Shown here: piece after piece, positions 10,462 to 19,539 of the stretch
Position numbering within the stretch: the stretch's first letter is position 1
Layout of the letters: each line of letters opens with the position of its first letter
Sequence record: DRR723986_4087
Length of the DNA stretch: 47,048 nucleotides
Direction: 5' to 3' (one strand)
Notes under the pieces: generated by a model
Seen by the model: only the letters and a program-made list of their open reading frames with translations
The model's database searches: none
Told to the model about the DNA's origin: nothing
Position numbers and translations under genes: made by a program

Positions 10462-11770
10462 CCCTCCTGGAGTATTGATTTCAGCGCCGTCCTCGGGGAC
10501 GGGAAAAACAACCGTGATGCTGGGCCTGTTGCGGGCTTTGGCCGAAGATGGGATGACCGTGCAGCCATTCAAAAGCGGCCCGGATTACATTGACCCTGCG
10601 TTCCATCTGGCCGCAGCCAAACGGCCGTCGTTTAACATCGACAGCTGGGCGATGGGCGAGGACTTGCTGAACGCGATTTCTGCACAGGCCGCTGGCGCAG
10701 ACATCGTTGTGGCCGAAGGATCCATGGGGCTGTTTGACGGGGTCGCTAAACCCGGCGCAGTGGGCCATGGCACCAGCGCTGAAACTGCTCTGCGCATGGG
10801 ATGGCCGGTTGTTCTGGTTCTGGACGTTGGTGGGCAAGCTCAATCAGCCGCCGCGACCGCGCTCGGGTTTCGGATGTACAACCCAGACCTGCCGTTTGCC
10901 GGTGTGATCCTGAACCGCTGCGCCAGTCCGCGCCACGAACGTCTGACCCGCTTGGGCATGGAACGCGCTGGCCTGCCTGTGTTGGGTGTGTTGCCCCGCC
11001 GTGGGGATCTGGCATTGCCGGAACGGCATTTGGGTTTGATTCAAGCTGTCGAACACCCCGATCTGGAAGCCGCCATCGCTGGGTATGCGACATTCCTGCG
11101 CGAACATGTTGATCTGGATGCGATCAAGGCGGCGGCCTCCTCAGGCCCTGTAGGGCTATCGTCGGCCGCGCTGCCGCGCCCACCCGCGCAACGGATCGCT
11201 TTGGCGCGCGATGCTGCATTCTCTTTCACCTACCCGCATTTGCTTAAGGGATGGCGCGACGCCGGGGCCGAGATCCTACCGTTTTCGCCTTTAGCTGATG
11301 AGGCCCCAGACGCAGATGCCGATCTGGTATGGTTGCCCGGTGGCTATCCCGAACTTCACGCCGGGACATTGGCGGCCGCAGAAACATTCTTGACCGGGTT
11401 GCGCACACATGCCGAAACCAAACCCGTACACGGCGAATGTGGGGGGTATATGGCCCTTGGCGAAGGGCTGGTAGACAAGGACGGCACACGTCATCGGATG
11501 GCGGGTCTGTTGGGCTTGGTCACCTCTTATGAAAAGCGCAAATTCAATCTGGGGTATCGCAAGGCCGAATTGATCGCGCCGATGCCCGGATTTTCCGTTG
11601 GTGCTGCTTTGCGTGGTCATGAATTCCACTATTCCTCGATCTTGGAACAGCCCGATCCGCCACTGGCCCGCGTCTTTGACGCGGAAGGGGCCGAAGGTCC
11701 GCAAACCGGATCTGTTCGGGGCCATGTCACCGGCACATTTTTCCATCTGATCGCAGAGGCCGAGGCATGA
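10454..11770 (+). CDS. cobB: Hydrogenobyrinate/cobyrinate a,c-diamide synthase
   Basis: SGTGKTT P-loop, [28 protein letters not shown] and HEFHY motifs; start at 10454 (GGAG SD) or 10448. Confidence 0.95.
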   Translation: MTNPPGVLISAPSSGTGKTTVMLGLLRALAEDGMTVQPFKSGPDYIDPAFHLAAAKRPSFNIDSWAMGEDLLNAISAQAAGADIVVAEGSMGLFDGVAKPGAVGHGTSAETALRMGWPVVLVLDVGGQAQSAAATALGFRMYNPDLPFAGVILNRCASPRHERLTRLGMERAGLPVLGVLPRRGDLALPERHLGLIQAVEHPDLEAAIAGYATFLREHVDLDAIKAAASSGPVGLSSAALPRPPAQRIALARDAAFSFTYPHLLKGWRDAGAEILPFSPLADEAPDADADLVWLPGGYPELHAGTLAAAETFLTGLRTHAETKPVHGECGGYMALGEGLVDKDGTRHRMAGLLGLVTSYEKRKFNLGYRKAELIAPMPGFSVGAALRGHEFHYSSILEQPDPPLARVFDAEGAEGPQTGSVRGHVTGTFFHLIAEAEA

Positions 11771-12495
11771 CCGGATTTGTCTCCTTTATCGGGTCAGGCC
11801 CCGGTGATCCTGAACTGTTGACGTTGAAAGCCGTTGATCGGTTGGGCAAGGCTGATGCAGTTCTGTTTGACGATCTCAGCAGTGGTCCAATCCTGACCCA
11901 CGCACATCCTGAGGCGGATATGGTTGGGGTTGGCAAACGTGCTGGACGCCCCTCGCCCAAGCAAGACCATGTGAGCCGTTTGTTGGTGGATTACGCCGAG
12001 ACGGGTGCCCACGTTGTGCGATTGAAATCCGGTGACGGGGGTATGTTTGGCCGACTGGAAGAAGAGCTGGTCGCGTTGCGCGCAGCTGGCATTGGATATG
12101 AGATCATTCCGGGCATTCCGTCCGCCGTTGCAGCAGCTGCCGCTGCAGGCATTCCCTTGACCCGACGCCTGACAGCCCGGCGAGTTCAGTTTGTGACCGG
12201 TCATGACGTCAGTGGCGCATTGCCAGACGATCTGAACCTGACCGCCTTGGCGGATTCACAAGCCACCACGGTGGTATTCATGGGCAAGCGCACGTTTCCA
12301 TTGTTAGTAGAGGCGTTGCATGCGCATGGGCTGCCGTTGGATACGCCTGCAATGTTGGCCGAGGCGGTTTCGACCCCCGATCAAGCCTTGCATCGGACCA
12401 CGATGGGGAATTTGGCCAAGCGGTTAGAGGCCGAAATCGGCACTGCACCTGCGTTGATCTTGTACGGTCCTTTGGCGGAATTTGACGATGTTTGA
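11767..12495 (+). CDS. cobA: Uroporphyrinogen-III C-methyltransferase (SUMT)
   Basis: GSGPGDPELLTLKA, VRLKSGD..MFGR..EE and VTGH motifs. Confidence 0.93.
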   Translation: MTGFVSFIGSGPGDPELLTLKAVDRLGKADAVLFDDLSSGPILTHAHPEADMVGVGKRAGRPSPKQDHVSRLLVDYAETGAHVVRLKSGDGGMFGRLEEELVALRAAGIGYEIIPGIPSAVAAAAAAGIPLTRRLTARRVQFVTGHDVSGALPDDLNLTALADSQATTVVFMGKRTFPLLVEALHAHGLPLDTPAMLAEAVSTPDQALHRTTMGNLAKRLEAEIGTAPALILYGPLAEFDDV

Positions 12496-13231
12496 ATTGA
12501 ACCTGATCGGTATCGGCACTGGGAACCCGGATCACGTGACCTTTCAGGGGGCACAGGCAATCCGTGATGCGGATTTGATCCTGATCCCGCGCAAGGGGAA
12601 CAACAAGGCAGACCTTGCTGGCATTCGGGAACACATCATCGAACAGGTGAGCGACACACCTGTAAAGATTGCTTATTTTGATATTCCCGAGCGTAAATCT
12701 GCAGATGGGTATCTGCGGGGAGTCGACGAGTGGCACGATGCGATTGCATTGCGGTGGCAGGACACCATCGCGGCACATGCCGGGGTGCAACAAGTGGCCT
12801 TGCTGATTTGGGGCGATCCATCGCTATACGACAGTTCTTTGCGTATCGCGTCCCGGCTTACGCCTGCCCCGACACTTCGGGTTATTCCCGGTATCACGGC
12901 CTTGCAGGCGCTGACGGCTGCCCACGCGATCCCGATCAACGATATTGGTGCGCCTTACGTTGTCACGACCGGCCGGCGAATCCGCGATGAAGGCTGGCCA
13001 GCGGGTGTCGAAAAGGTTGCGGTCATGCTGGATGGGGAGTGTTCGTTTCAGCACCTTCCCATGGGCGATTATCACATTTGGTGGGGCGCTTACGTCGGCA
13101 TGAAGGAACAGATTCTCATCCAAGGCCCACTGGATGACGTTGCCCAAAGTATTTTGGACACGCGCGCAGCCGCCCGGGCGGATCATGGCTGGATCATGGA
13201 CATCTATTTGCTCAAAAAGCGCGCAAACTGA
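12488..13231 (+). CDS. cobF: Precorrin-6A synthase (deacetylating)
   Basis: IGIGTGNPDHVT, WGDPSLYDS, TTGRR, WWGAY and HGWIMDIY motifs. Confidence 0.95.
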   Translation: MFELNLIGIGTGNPDHVTFQGAQAIRDADLILIPRKGNNKADLAGIREHIIEQVSDTPVKIAYFDIPERKSADGYLRGVDEWHDAIALRWQDTIAAHAGVQQVALLIWGDPSLYDSSLRIASRLTPAPTLRVIPGITALQALTAAHAIPINDIGAPYVVTTGRRIRDEGWPAGVEKVAVMLDGECSFQHLPMGDYHIWWGAYVGMKEQILIQGPLDDVAQSILDTRAAARADHGWIMDIYLLKKRAN

Positions 13232-13288
13232 CCTGAAGTGTCGCGAATCGTGATTGCGTCACCATCGCGATCACGGTTAGATGGAGAG

Positions 13289-13470
13289 GCTTGGTCCTGC
13301 TGGAGCAATCTGGATGCTAAGAGGGAATTGGGTGCGACCGCAAATGCGGACAATGCCCAAGCCGCCCCCGCGACTGTAAGCGGCGAGCGTCTGTCCATAC
13401 AGCCACTCATGGGGTTCCATGGGGAAGGCGGACAGACGCAGCGACCCGTGAGCCAGGAGACCTGCCAGGC
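13289..13470 (+). promoter_or_regulatory. Cobalamin riboswitch (B12 element), long AdoCbl-type form
   Basis: Conserved blocks AAGAGGGAA, GCCCCCGCGACTGTAA, GCCACT, GGGAAGG and B12 box GAGCCAGGAGACCTGCC; P1 pairing GCTTGGT/GCCAGGC; upstream of cobalt transporter genes. Confidence 0.95.
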
Positions 13471-13519
13471 AAAAACTGTAACACCGGCCGTCGGGTGCGA
13501 CGGCTTAGGAGGATAGAAT

Positions 13520-13690
13520 ATGACGACGAAGACACTTAAGGCATCTGCCGCTGGTTTTGGTTTCGCCCCAGCACTGTTCGCTGTTGTTCTGGGTCTGGGT
13601 ATTGTGACCCTGACTGGACACGTACAGGCATCTGCCCTGCATGACGCCGCACATGACGTGCGTCACGCAACTGGCTTCCCCTGCCACTAA
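13520..13690 (+). CDS. cbtB: Cobalt transporter small subunit CbtB (56 aa; absent from the ORF track)
   Basis: AGGAGG SD; manual translation gives one TM helix then HDAAHDVRHATGFPCH. Confidence 0.93.
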   Translation: MTTKTLKASAAGFGFAPALFAVVLGLGIVTLTGHVQASALHDAAHDVRHATGFPCH

Positions 13691-13694
13691 GCAC

Positions 13695-14381
13695 ATGTTT
13701 TCCCGCATTTTAACCAGCGCGTTGTTCGCTGGTGCTGCAGCAGGGCTGATTGCCGCCTTGCTGCAGTTGGTGTTTGTGCAACCTGTTTTGTTGCACGCCG
13801 AGCTCTATGAGTCCGGGGAGTTGGTGCATTTCGGGGCTGACGCTGTCAGTGCCCATCCGGATCTGCCCGGCATCGATCTGATGCGCGACGGGCTGAGTAT
13901 CGTGTTCACGATGCTTACTTACACCGGATATGCACTTGTGATGGTTGCACTGATGGCCATGGCCGAAGGTCAGGGACACACGATCAATGGTCGCACAGGT
14001 TTACTGTGGGGGATGGCCGGGTTTATCGCCTTCCATTTCGCCCCCGGTTTAACGCTAGCACCCGAGGTTCCTGGTGTTGCCGCAGCCGATGTTGGCGCGC
14101 GCCAGATCTGGTGGACTGGGACCGTAGCCTCGGCCGCTGTTGCCATGTGGTTGATCGCATTTGCCCGGTCTTGGATGCTGTGGGGTGTTGCGGCGGTCTT
14201 GCTGCTTGCGCCGCATGTTATCGGGGCCCCGGAACCAGCGGTCTTTACTGGTCCGGTTCCAACCGAAATCGGCGCGTTGTTTGCAGCGCGTGCATTTGGT
14301 GTTGGCATGGCTGCTTGGGTCCTTGTTGGGTGCTTTGCAGGCTATTTCTGGAACACCGAAGGCGCTCGCGCAGACGCTTAA
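13695..14381 (+). CDS. cbtA: Cobalt transporter subunit CbtA
   Basis: Multi-TM protein; AELYE, LAPEVPG, RQIWW and APH.IGAP motifs; follows cbtB. Confidence 0.92.
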   Translation: MFSRILTSALFAGAAAGLIAALLQLVFVQPVLLHAELYESGELVHFGADAVSAHPDLPGIDLMRDGLSIVFTMLTYTGYALVMVALMAMAEGQGHTINGRTGLLWGMAGFIAFHFAPGLTLAPEVPGVAAADVGARQIWWTGTVASAAVAMWLIAFARSWMLWGVAAVLLLAPHVIGAPEPAVFTGPVPTEIGALFAARAFGVGMAAWVLVGCFAGYFWNTEGARADA

Positions 14382-14399
14382 GTCACCTATTAAACCTCT

Positions 14400-14431
14400 C
14401 CCCCGCCAAAGTATTCTTTGGCGGGGGTTTT
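14400..14431 (+). terminator. Rho-independent terminator after cbtA
   Basis: CCCCCGCCAAAG-TATT-CTTTGGCGGGGG perfect 12-bp stem followed by TTTT. Confidence 0.8.
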
Positions 14432-14450
14432 CATTATCTGAGGAAGTCTC

Positions 14451-14945
14451 ATGTCTCGTTCACTTGCATTGTTTGGAATTGGCTTGATCTTTGGGGGCGG
14501 CGCCGGGTTTGTTTTGGCGGCAGCCAATGGCGTCACATTCACGGGTCACGACCACGCGGACCCGGCGCAGCACGGGTCAAGCGCTGCGGAAATGGCGGCG
14601 CATGATCATTCTACCCCGGTCAACGTGCCAGCCGGGTCAGATGCGCCCAGCCTTTCGATTGCGGTTCACAAAGACCCAATGGCGGGTTGGAATTTGCATG
14701 TCATGCCAAAGAACTTTCGCTTTGCGCCTGAGAATGCATCAGCACAGGATATCGTGGGCGAAGGTCACGCCCACGTTTATGTGAATGGCGCCAAACTCTC
14801 GCGTCTCTATGGCAATTGGATGCATCTGACCAATTTGCCAAAGGGGGATGTTGAGATCAAAGTGTCCCTCAACGCCAACAGCCACAGCCCGCTGATGGTT
14901 GAAAGCGTTCCGGTGAGCGCCTCGGCGACCATTCAGGTCGACTGA
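14451..14945 (+). CDS. His-rich exported or membrane-anchored hypothetical protein, probable metal binder
   Basis: GAGGAAG SD; hydrophobic N-terminus; two HDH motifs and GEGHAHVYVNG. Confidence 0.75.
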   Translation: MSRSLALFGIGLIFGGGAGFVLAAANGVTFTGHDHADPAQHGSSAAEMAAHDHSTPVNVPAGSDAPSLSIAVHKDPMAGWNLHVMPKNFRFAPENASAQDIVGEGHAHVYVNGAKLSRLYGNWMHLTNLPKGDVEIKVSLNANSHSPLMVESVPVSASATIQVD

Positions 14946-15041
14946 AAAACCGGCTGCACGTCTTCTCCGCCACGCCCCTAGAAATGGGTAGCACTCTGGC
15001 GGTCGTGAAGCGCTTTCAGAAAAGTGCGCTGTTCCCTGTCG

Positions 15042-15398
15042 CTAAAGTGCAGGCAGTCGCGCTTTTAAACACAGCCTGAGACGCCCGCAGGATCGGGCGT
15101 CTTCGATCCAGCCTTTTGGGCTGTCGAGATAAGACTGGCACGTCGCCGCGATATCGGCCGCGTCTGCGATAGGCTCAACATCAGAAAAAATATAAGTGGC
15201 CCGCCCTGCCCCTTGCAGCCCAACAGTCACCGGCGCGCCACAGGCATTGAGGCAGGCATGTTCTGCCAGTTCAACACACGACTGTAGCCCGGCCTGGTGC
15301 AAAGCCTCTTGAACCGCGTCGATGTGCGCATCCGATGTGGCACCGCTTTGACATGTCGAACAAAACACGAGACGGATCTGATCACTGGAGGTCTGCAT
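15042..15398 (-). CDS. DUF1636-like thioredoxin-fold metal-binding protein
   Basis: CSTC and CLNAC cysteine motifs; C-terminal ARLPA; next to cob/cbt genes. Confidence 0.75.
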   Translation of the reverse strand: MQTSSDQIRLVFCSTCQSGATSDAHIDAVQEALHQAGLQSCVELAEHACLNACGAPVTVGLQGAGRATYIFSDVEPIADAADIAATCQSYLDSPKGWIEDARSCGRLRLCLKARLPAL

Positions 15399-15497
15399 AA
15401 ACCGGGTTACCTAAGCTCTGATTTGGCTCTTTTGTCGCCAAACCGAGACTGTGACAAGCGCGTTTCCTTGGCCAATCCGGTTTTCAGTCCCCTGCGC

Positions 15498-15620
15498 GGC
15501 CATTGGCCTTGCGTCCTGCGGACGGCGGGCAAGGCGTAGCCCAGAGCGGCTGTGCCGCTCTGGGCTACGCCCAACGGGAGGAGATGTTCCGCATGGAACA
15601 GCGACGACGGGCGGGAGGGC
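15498..15620. repeat. Multi-hairpin palindromic intergenic element (REP/MITE-like)
   Basis: Perfect 18-bp inverted repeat 15533-15550/15554-15571, plus smaller hairpins CGTCC-TGC-GGACG and TGTTCC-GCAT-GGAACA. Confidence 0.6.
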
Positions 15621-15627
15621 TTTGAGA

Positions 15628-17178
15628 TCAAAGGAGAACCTCGATCAAATGTGGTCCGGGGGCCGCTTGTGCACGCAGCAATTCCGCTTCCAGGTCCTCT
15701 GCTGTTTCGACACGGCAGCCGGGCACGCCCATCCCTTTGGCTTGGGAAACCCAATCTATATGTGGGTTCTGCAGTGTCAGCATGTCGACAGCCCGCGGTC
15801 CGGGATTTTGGACGCCTACGTTTGTGAGTTCTCCACGCAAGATTTCGTAGGTTCGGTTCGCAAAGATCACGACGGTGATGTTCAGTTTTTCACGGGCCAT
15901 CGTCCAGAGCGCTTGTGGCATATAAAGCGCAGAGCCATCCCCTGTCAGCGTCAAAACGGGGCGATCCGGGCAAGCAACGGCTGCGCCGATCGCCGCGGAA
16001 AGCGAGTATCCAATCGAGCCCCCACAATTGTTGAGCCAGGTATGTGGCGCCGCCCCCACAGTTGCGGGGTGAAACGCGCGCCCCGTGGTGATTGATTCAT
16101 CCACCACAATTGCATTGTACGGAATTGTCTGTCCGATCACTGTTGCAATGGTTTCTGGTGTTGCAGGGCCAGTGACGTCAAACCTTGTGAGCGGTTTAGC
16201 GAGGTCCGGAGAGGCGTTCTGCGCTCCGACACGCGCGCATAGGATTTGAAGAACTGAGTACAGGTCCATATCCGCGCCAGCCAAGGCGGTGATCTCGGCC
16301 TCAGGGTTTGTCAAAACTGCTGGCTTTCCCGGATAGGCAAAGAACCCAATCGGAGCCTGCGCACCAACCAGCACAATTCGCTTGAATTGGTTTAAACGCT
16401 CAACCGCCTGATCAATTGGATAGGGTACCCGGGCAACAGGAACGCGCCCGGCCCCCCGTTCCATTCGCGCATTCGACCATTCTGACAAAAGGGCGCATCC
16501 CGTATGTGCAGCAATCTTACCCGCCAGCAGCAACGCATCTTCGGTCAGCGCCTGCCCCCCCAACAACAGCAACGTATCCGGTCCTGCTAATGCAGCAGCG
16601 GCTTGATCCAACACCTCGCTGTTGTAGCCCTCAAGATCCGGGTCCGGCAAGGCAGGGCCGATTTCCCCTCCTGAGGTCCATGCGGTGTCACTTGGCAGCA
16701 CCAGCGTTGCAATTTGCCCGGGCGCAGTTCTTGCCGCCTGCACTGCACCAGCCGCATCGGCCCCGACCTCAGCCGCCGATGTCGAGGTATGCACCCAATG
16801 GGACACCGGCCGCGCAAGCCCCTCGATATCCGCGGTCAAAGGCGCATCCAATTCGATATGCGTAGACGCGTGTTCGCCAACGATATTTATGATCCCCGAC
16901 CCGGCCTTTTTGGCATTGTGCAAATTCGAAATTCCGTTGGCCAATCCCGGACCAAGGTGCAAGAGCGTCGAAGCGGGTTTCCGGGCCATTCGCCAATACC
17001 CATCTGCCGCACCTGTGGCCACCCCTTCAAACAGAACGAGGATTGAGCGCATCCCGGGGATATGATCCAAGGCCGCGACAAAGTGCATTTCAGACGTGCC
17101 GGGGTTGGTGAAACAGACCTCGACCCCGCTTTCGATCAAGGAATGCACTAGGCTTTCGGCCCCATTCATTTCAGACAT
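15628..17178 (-). CDS. ThDP-dependent enzyme, acetolactate-synthase-large-subunit-like / decarboxylase family
   Basis: CFTNPGTSEMHFV, LFEGVATGAADG, HLGPG and GDGSALY...FANR ThDP motif; GGGGAG SD before ATG 17178. Confidence 0.88.
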   Translation of the reverse strand: MSEMNGAESLVHSLIESGVEVCFTNPGTSEMHFVAALDHIPGMRSILVLFEGVATGAADGYWRMARKPASTLLHLGPGLANGISNLHNAKKAGSGIINIVGEHASTHIELDAPLTADIEGLARPVSHWVHTSTSAAEVGADAAGAVQAARTAPGQIATLVLPSDTAWTSGGEIGPALPDPDLEGYNSEVLDQAAAALAGPDTLLLLGGQALTEDALLLAGKIAAHTGCALLSEWSNARMERGAGRVPVARVPYPIDQAVERLNQFKRIVLVGAQAPIGFFAYPGKPAVLTNPEAEITALAGADMDLYSVLQILCARVGAQNASPDLAKPLTRFDVTGPATPETIATVIGQTIPYNAIVVDESITTGRAFHPATVGAAPHTWLNNCGGSIGYSLSAAIGAAVACPDRPVLTLTGDGSALYMPQALWTMAREKLNITVVIFANRTYEILRGELTNVGVQNPGPRAVDMLTLQNPHIDWVSQAKGMGVPGCRVETAEDLEAELLRAQAAPGPHLIEVLL

Positions 17179-17357
17179 GTCCAATCTCCCCCTCTGGCAT
17201 GTATGGGCGACCATAAGCTGCCAATCCCAAGCGGGTAAATGGGGGGAATGCACGTGATCGTGACCCTGCACCCTGTGATCGTGACCTCGATGCCCCTGCC
17301 GCTTGAAACAATTGGAGGTTAGAACTGGCTCAGTTTTCTCAGAAAGTGAGCTTTGAT

Positions 17358-17828
17358 ATGAAACATCTCCCGCTTCAACTTGCCTTTCTTGTGGCGTCGA
17401 TGCCTGCCCTCGCACAAGATGCAACGCCTCGGGATGGGTGGGCGATTCACCCTACCGATAAGCCCTATGCAGAACTGGTACAGGCGGTGAAATCGGCTGT
17501 GAAAGCCAACGGTATGGCTGTGGTGACCGAGGCTGGGCCAACCGGCGCAGCGGCGAGCCGAGGCATCATCATTCCCGGAAATCGGGTGATTGGCGCCTTT
17601 AACAACGACTTTGCCGTGCGCATCCTCGCGCTTTCGACATCGGCAATGATTGAGGCCCCCGTTCGTTTCTATGTGACTGAAAACGAGGACGGCACCGCGA
17701 CCCTATCGTACAAGAAACCCAGCTTTGTTTTCGCACCCTATGTGGATGAAGGCGGCACAACTCTGACCGAAATCGCGGCTGAATTGGATGCTCGGTTCGA
17801 AGCCGTCGCAACCACTGTGAACAAATAA
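17358..17828 (+). CDS. Exported DUF302-like protein
   Basis: Signal peptide ending ALA-Q; EAPVRFYVTE..GTATLSY pattern. Confidence 0.75.
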   Translation: MKHLPLQLAFLVASMPALAQDATPRDGWAIHPTDKPYAELVQAVKSAVKANGMAVVTEAGPTGAAASRGIIIPGNRVIGAFNNDFAVRILALSTSAMIEAPVRFYVTENEDGTATLSYKKPSFVFAPYVDEGGTTLTEIAAELDARFEAVATTVNK

Positions 17829-17919
17829 GGTCCATCGGTAAGTCACACTGCCGTGAGAGGTCTTGCGCCCATGGTCACACTCCGCATGCTCCGCAACACA
17901 CAGACTCGGAGCCTCGATC

Positions 17920-19539
17920 ATGCAAGACCTTTCCCCACGCGCAGCGGATCTGCTCGCTCAGCGGCTTTTTGAAGCCGGTTGCCGTCACGCATTCGGAATG
18001 CCCGGCGGCGAAGTTCTGACGCTGGTCGATGCGTTGGAACAGGCGGGGATCGCATTCCATTTGGCAAAGCACGAAAACGCCGCCGGGTTTATGGCCGAGG
18101 CGGTGCATCACCGCGATGGCGTGCCTGCCATTTTGGTGGCGACGCTTGGTCCCGGTGCGATGAACGGGATCAACGTTGTGGCGAATGCGTTCCAGGATCG
18201 TGTGCCCATGATCGTGCTGACCGGCTGTGTCGATGCGGATGAGGCGCTGACCTATACGCATCAGGTTATGGATCATGCGCAAGTCTACCGCTCGATCACC
18301 AAGGGCACATTCTGCCTGACGGCCAAGGGTGCAGACACCGTCGCTGACAAAGCCGTTTCATTGGCAACCCAACAACGCCCCGGCCCGGTCCACATCGACG
18401 TGCCGATTTCGGTGGCGGACACCACGGTCATCGCCCCGCGTTTGCGACGCTTGGAGCCAGCGGCCAAGGTCGCCCCTTGCGGTGCAGGTCTGGAGAAGGC
18501 CCGCGACTGGGTGGAACGGTCGGAACGCCCCATCGCGATTATTGGACTGGATGTTCTAAGCGACGGTTCGGCCCCAATTGTTCAGGCCTTTCTTGAACAC
18601 TTTTCTATTCCTTTCGTGACCACATACAAAGCCAAAGGGATCATCGCCGAAGATCACCCGCTGTGTCTGGGTGGCGCTGGATTATCCCCGTTGGCCGACA
18701 AGCACTTGATCCCGTTGATTGAGCAATCTGATCTGGTTCTTTGTCTCGGGTATGATCCCATCGAAATGCGCCCCGGTTGGCGTGACATTTGGGACCCGGC
18801 GAAAACGCGCGTCATTGATATCGCTGCGGTGGAAAACGACCACTACATGCATCAGGCGGGGTTGAATATCGTCGCCAATACGGGCGCTACGTTAGAGGCC
18901 ATCGCCAAGGGCGTCGCAGCCCGTTCGACTTGGACCAATGGTGCGCCGATGGCTGTGAAGGAAGAGTTGGCAAAAGCCTTTCCACATGATGATGAGTGGG
19001 GGCCGGCTGCGGTCATCGCTGAAACTCGCGCCGCCCTGCCCGCAAATACTCTGGCCACGGCTGACAGTGGGGCGCATCGCATTCTGTTGTCTCAGATGTG
19101 GAGTTGCTCTGAGCCTCGTGGGCTTATTCAATCCTCTGCCCTGTGCACCATGGGTTGTGCTGTCCCGATGGCGATTGGCCTGCAACTTGCTGAACCCAAC
19201 CGCCCTGTCATCAGCTTTTCGGGTGATGCTGGGTTCTTGATGGTTGCCGGTGAACTCGCAACGGCAGCCGAGCTGGGGGGCAACCCGGTCTTTCTGGTAT
19301 TCGTTGATGCCAGCTTAGCCCTGATCGAACTGAAACAACGCCAGCGGCAGATGAAGAATCGCGGTGTTGATTTTGGCCACCACGATTATGCTGCCATGGG
19401 CCGCGCCTTTGGCGGCCAAGGACACACCGTCCGCAACCGGTCCGAATTGCGGGCCGCCCTGAACGCGGCGCAAACCGCAGACACATTTACCGTGATTGCT
19501 GCAGAAATTGATCGGGAGGGGTACGATGGTCGTATCTAA
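17920..19539 (+). CDS. ThDP-binding enzyme (acetolactate synthase-like, substrate unknown)
   Basis: FGMPGG, KHENAAGFMA, TLGPG, RPGPVHIDVP and GDAGFLM motifs; GGAG SD. Confidence 0.9.
   Translation: MQDLSPRAADLLAQRLFEAGCRHAFGMPGGEVLTLVDALEQAGIAFHLAKHENAAGFMAEAVHHRDGVPAILVATLGPGAMNGINVVANAFQDRVPMIVLTGCVDADEALTYTHQVMDHAQVYRSITKGTFCLTAKGADTVADKAVSLATQQRPGPVHIDVPISVADTTVIAPRLRRLEPAAKVAPCGAGLEKARDWVERSERPIAIIGLDVLSDGSAPIVQAFLEHFSIPFVTTYKAKGIIAEDHPLCLGGAGLSPLADKHLIPLIEQSDLVLCLGYDPIEMRPGWRDIWDPAKTRVIDIAAVENDHYMHQAGLNIVANTGATLEAIAKGVAARSTWTNGAPMAVKEELAKAFPHDDEWGPAAVIAETRAALPANTLATADSGAHRILLSQMWSCSEPRGLIQSSALCTMGCAVPMAIGLQLAEPNRPVISFSGDAGFLMVAGELATAAELGGNPVFLVFVDASLALIELKQRQRQMKNRGVDFGHHDYAAMGRAFGGQGHTVRNRSELRAALNAAQTADTFTVIAAEIDREGYDGRI

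Noticed and set aside
13238-13516. 92-aa ORF between cobF and cbtB
   Set aside because: Coincides with the riboswitch and has no protein-like features.
15399-15627. Second cobalamin riboswitch upstream of the DUF1636-like gene
   Set aside because: None of the conserved B12 blocks was found on the minus strand.
17179-17424. His-rich N-terminal extension of the 598-aa ThDP ORF
   Set aside because: It arises from translating the intergenic direct repeat; the likely start is ATG 17178, which has an SD, and the extension would overlap the DUF302 gene.
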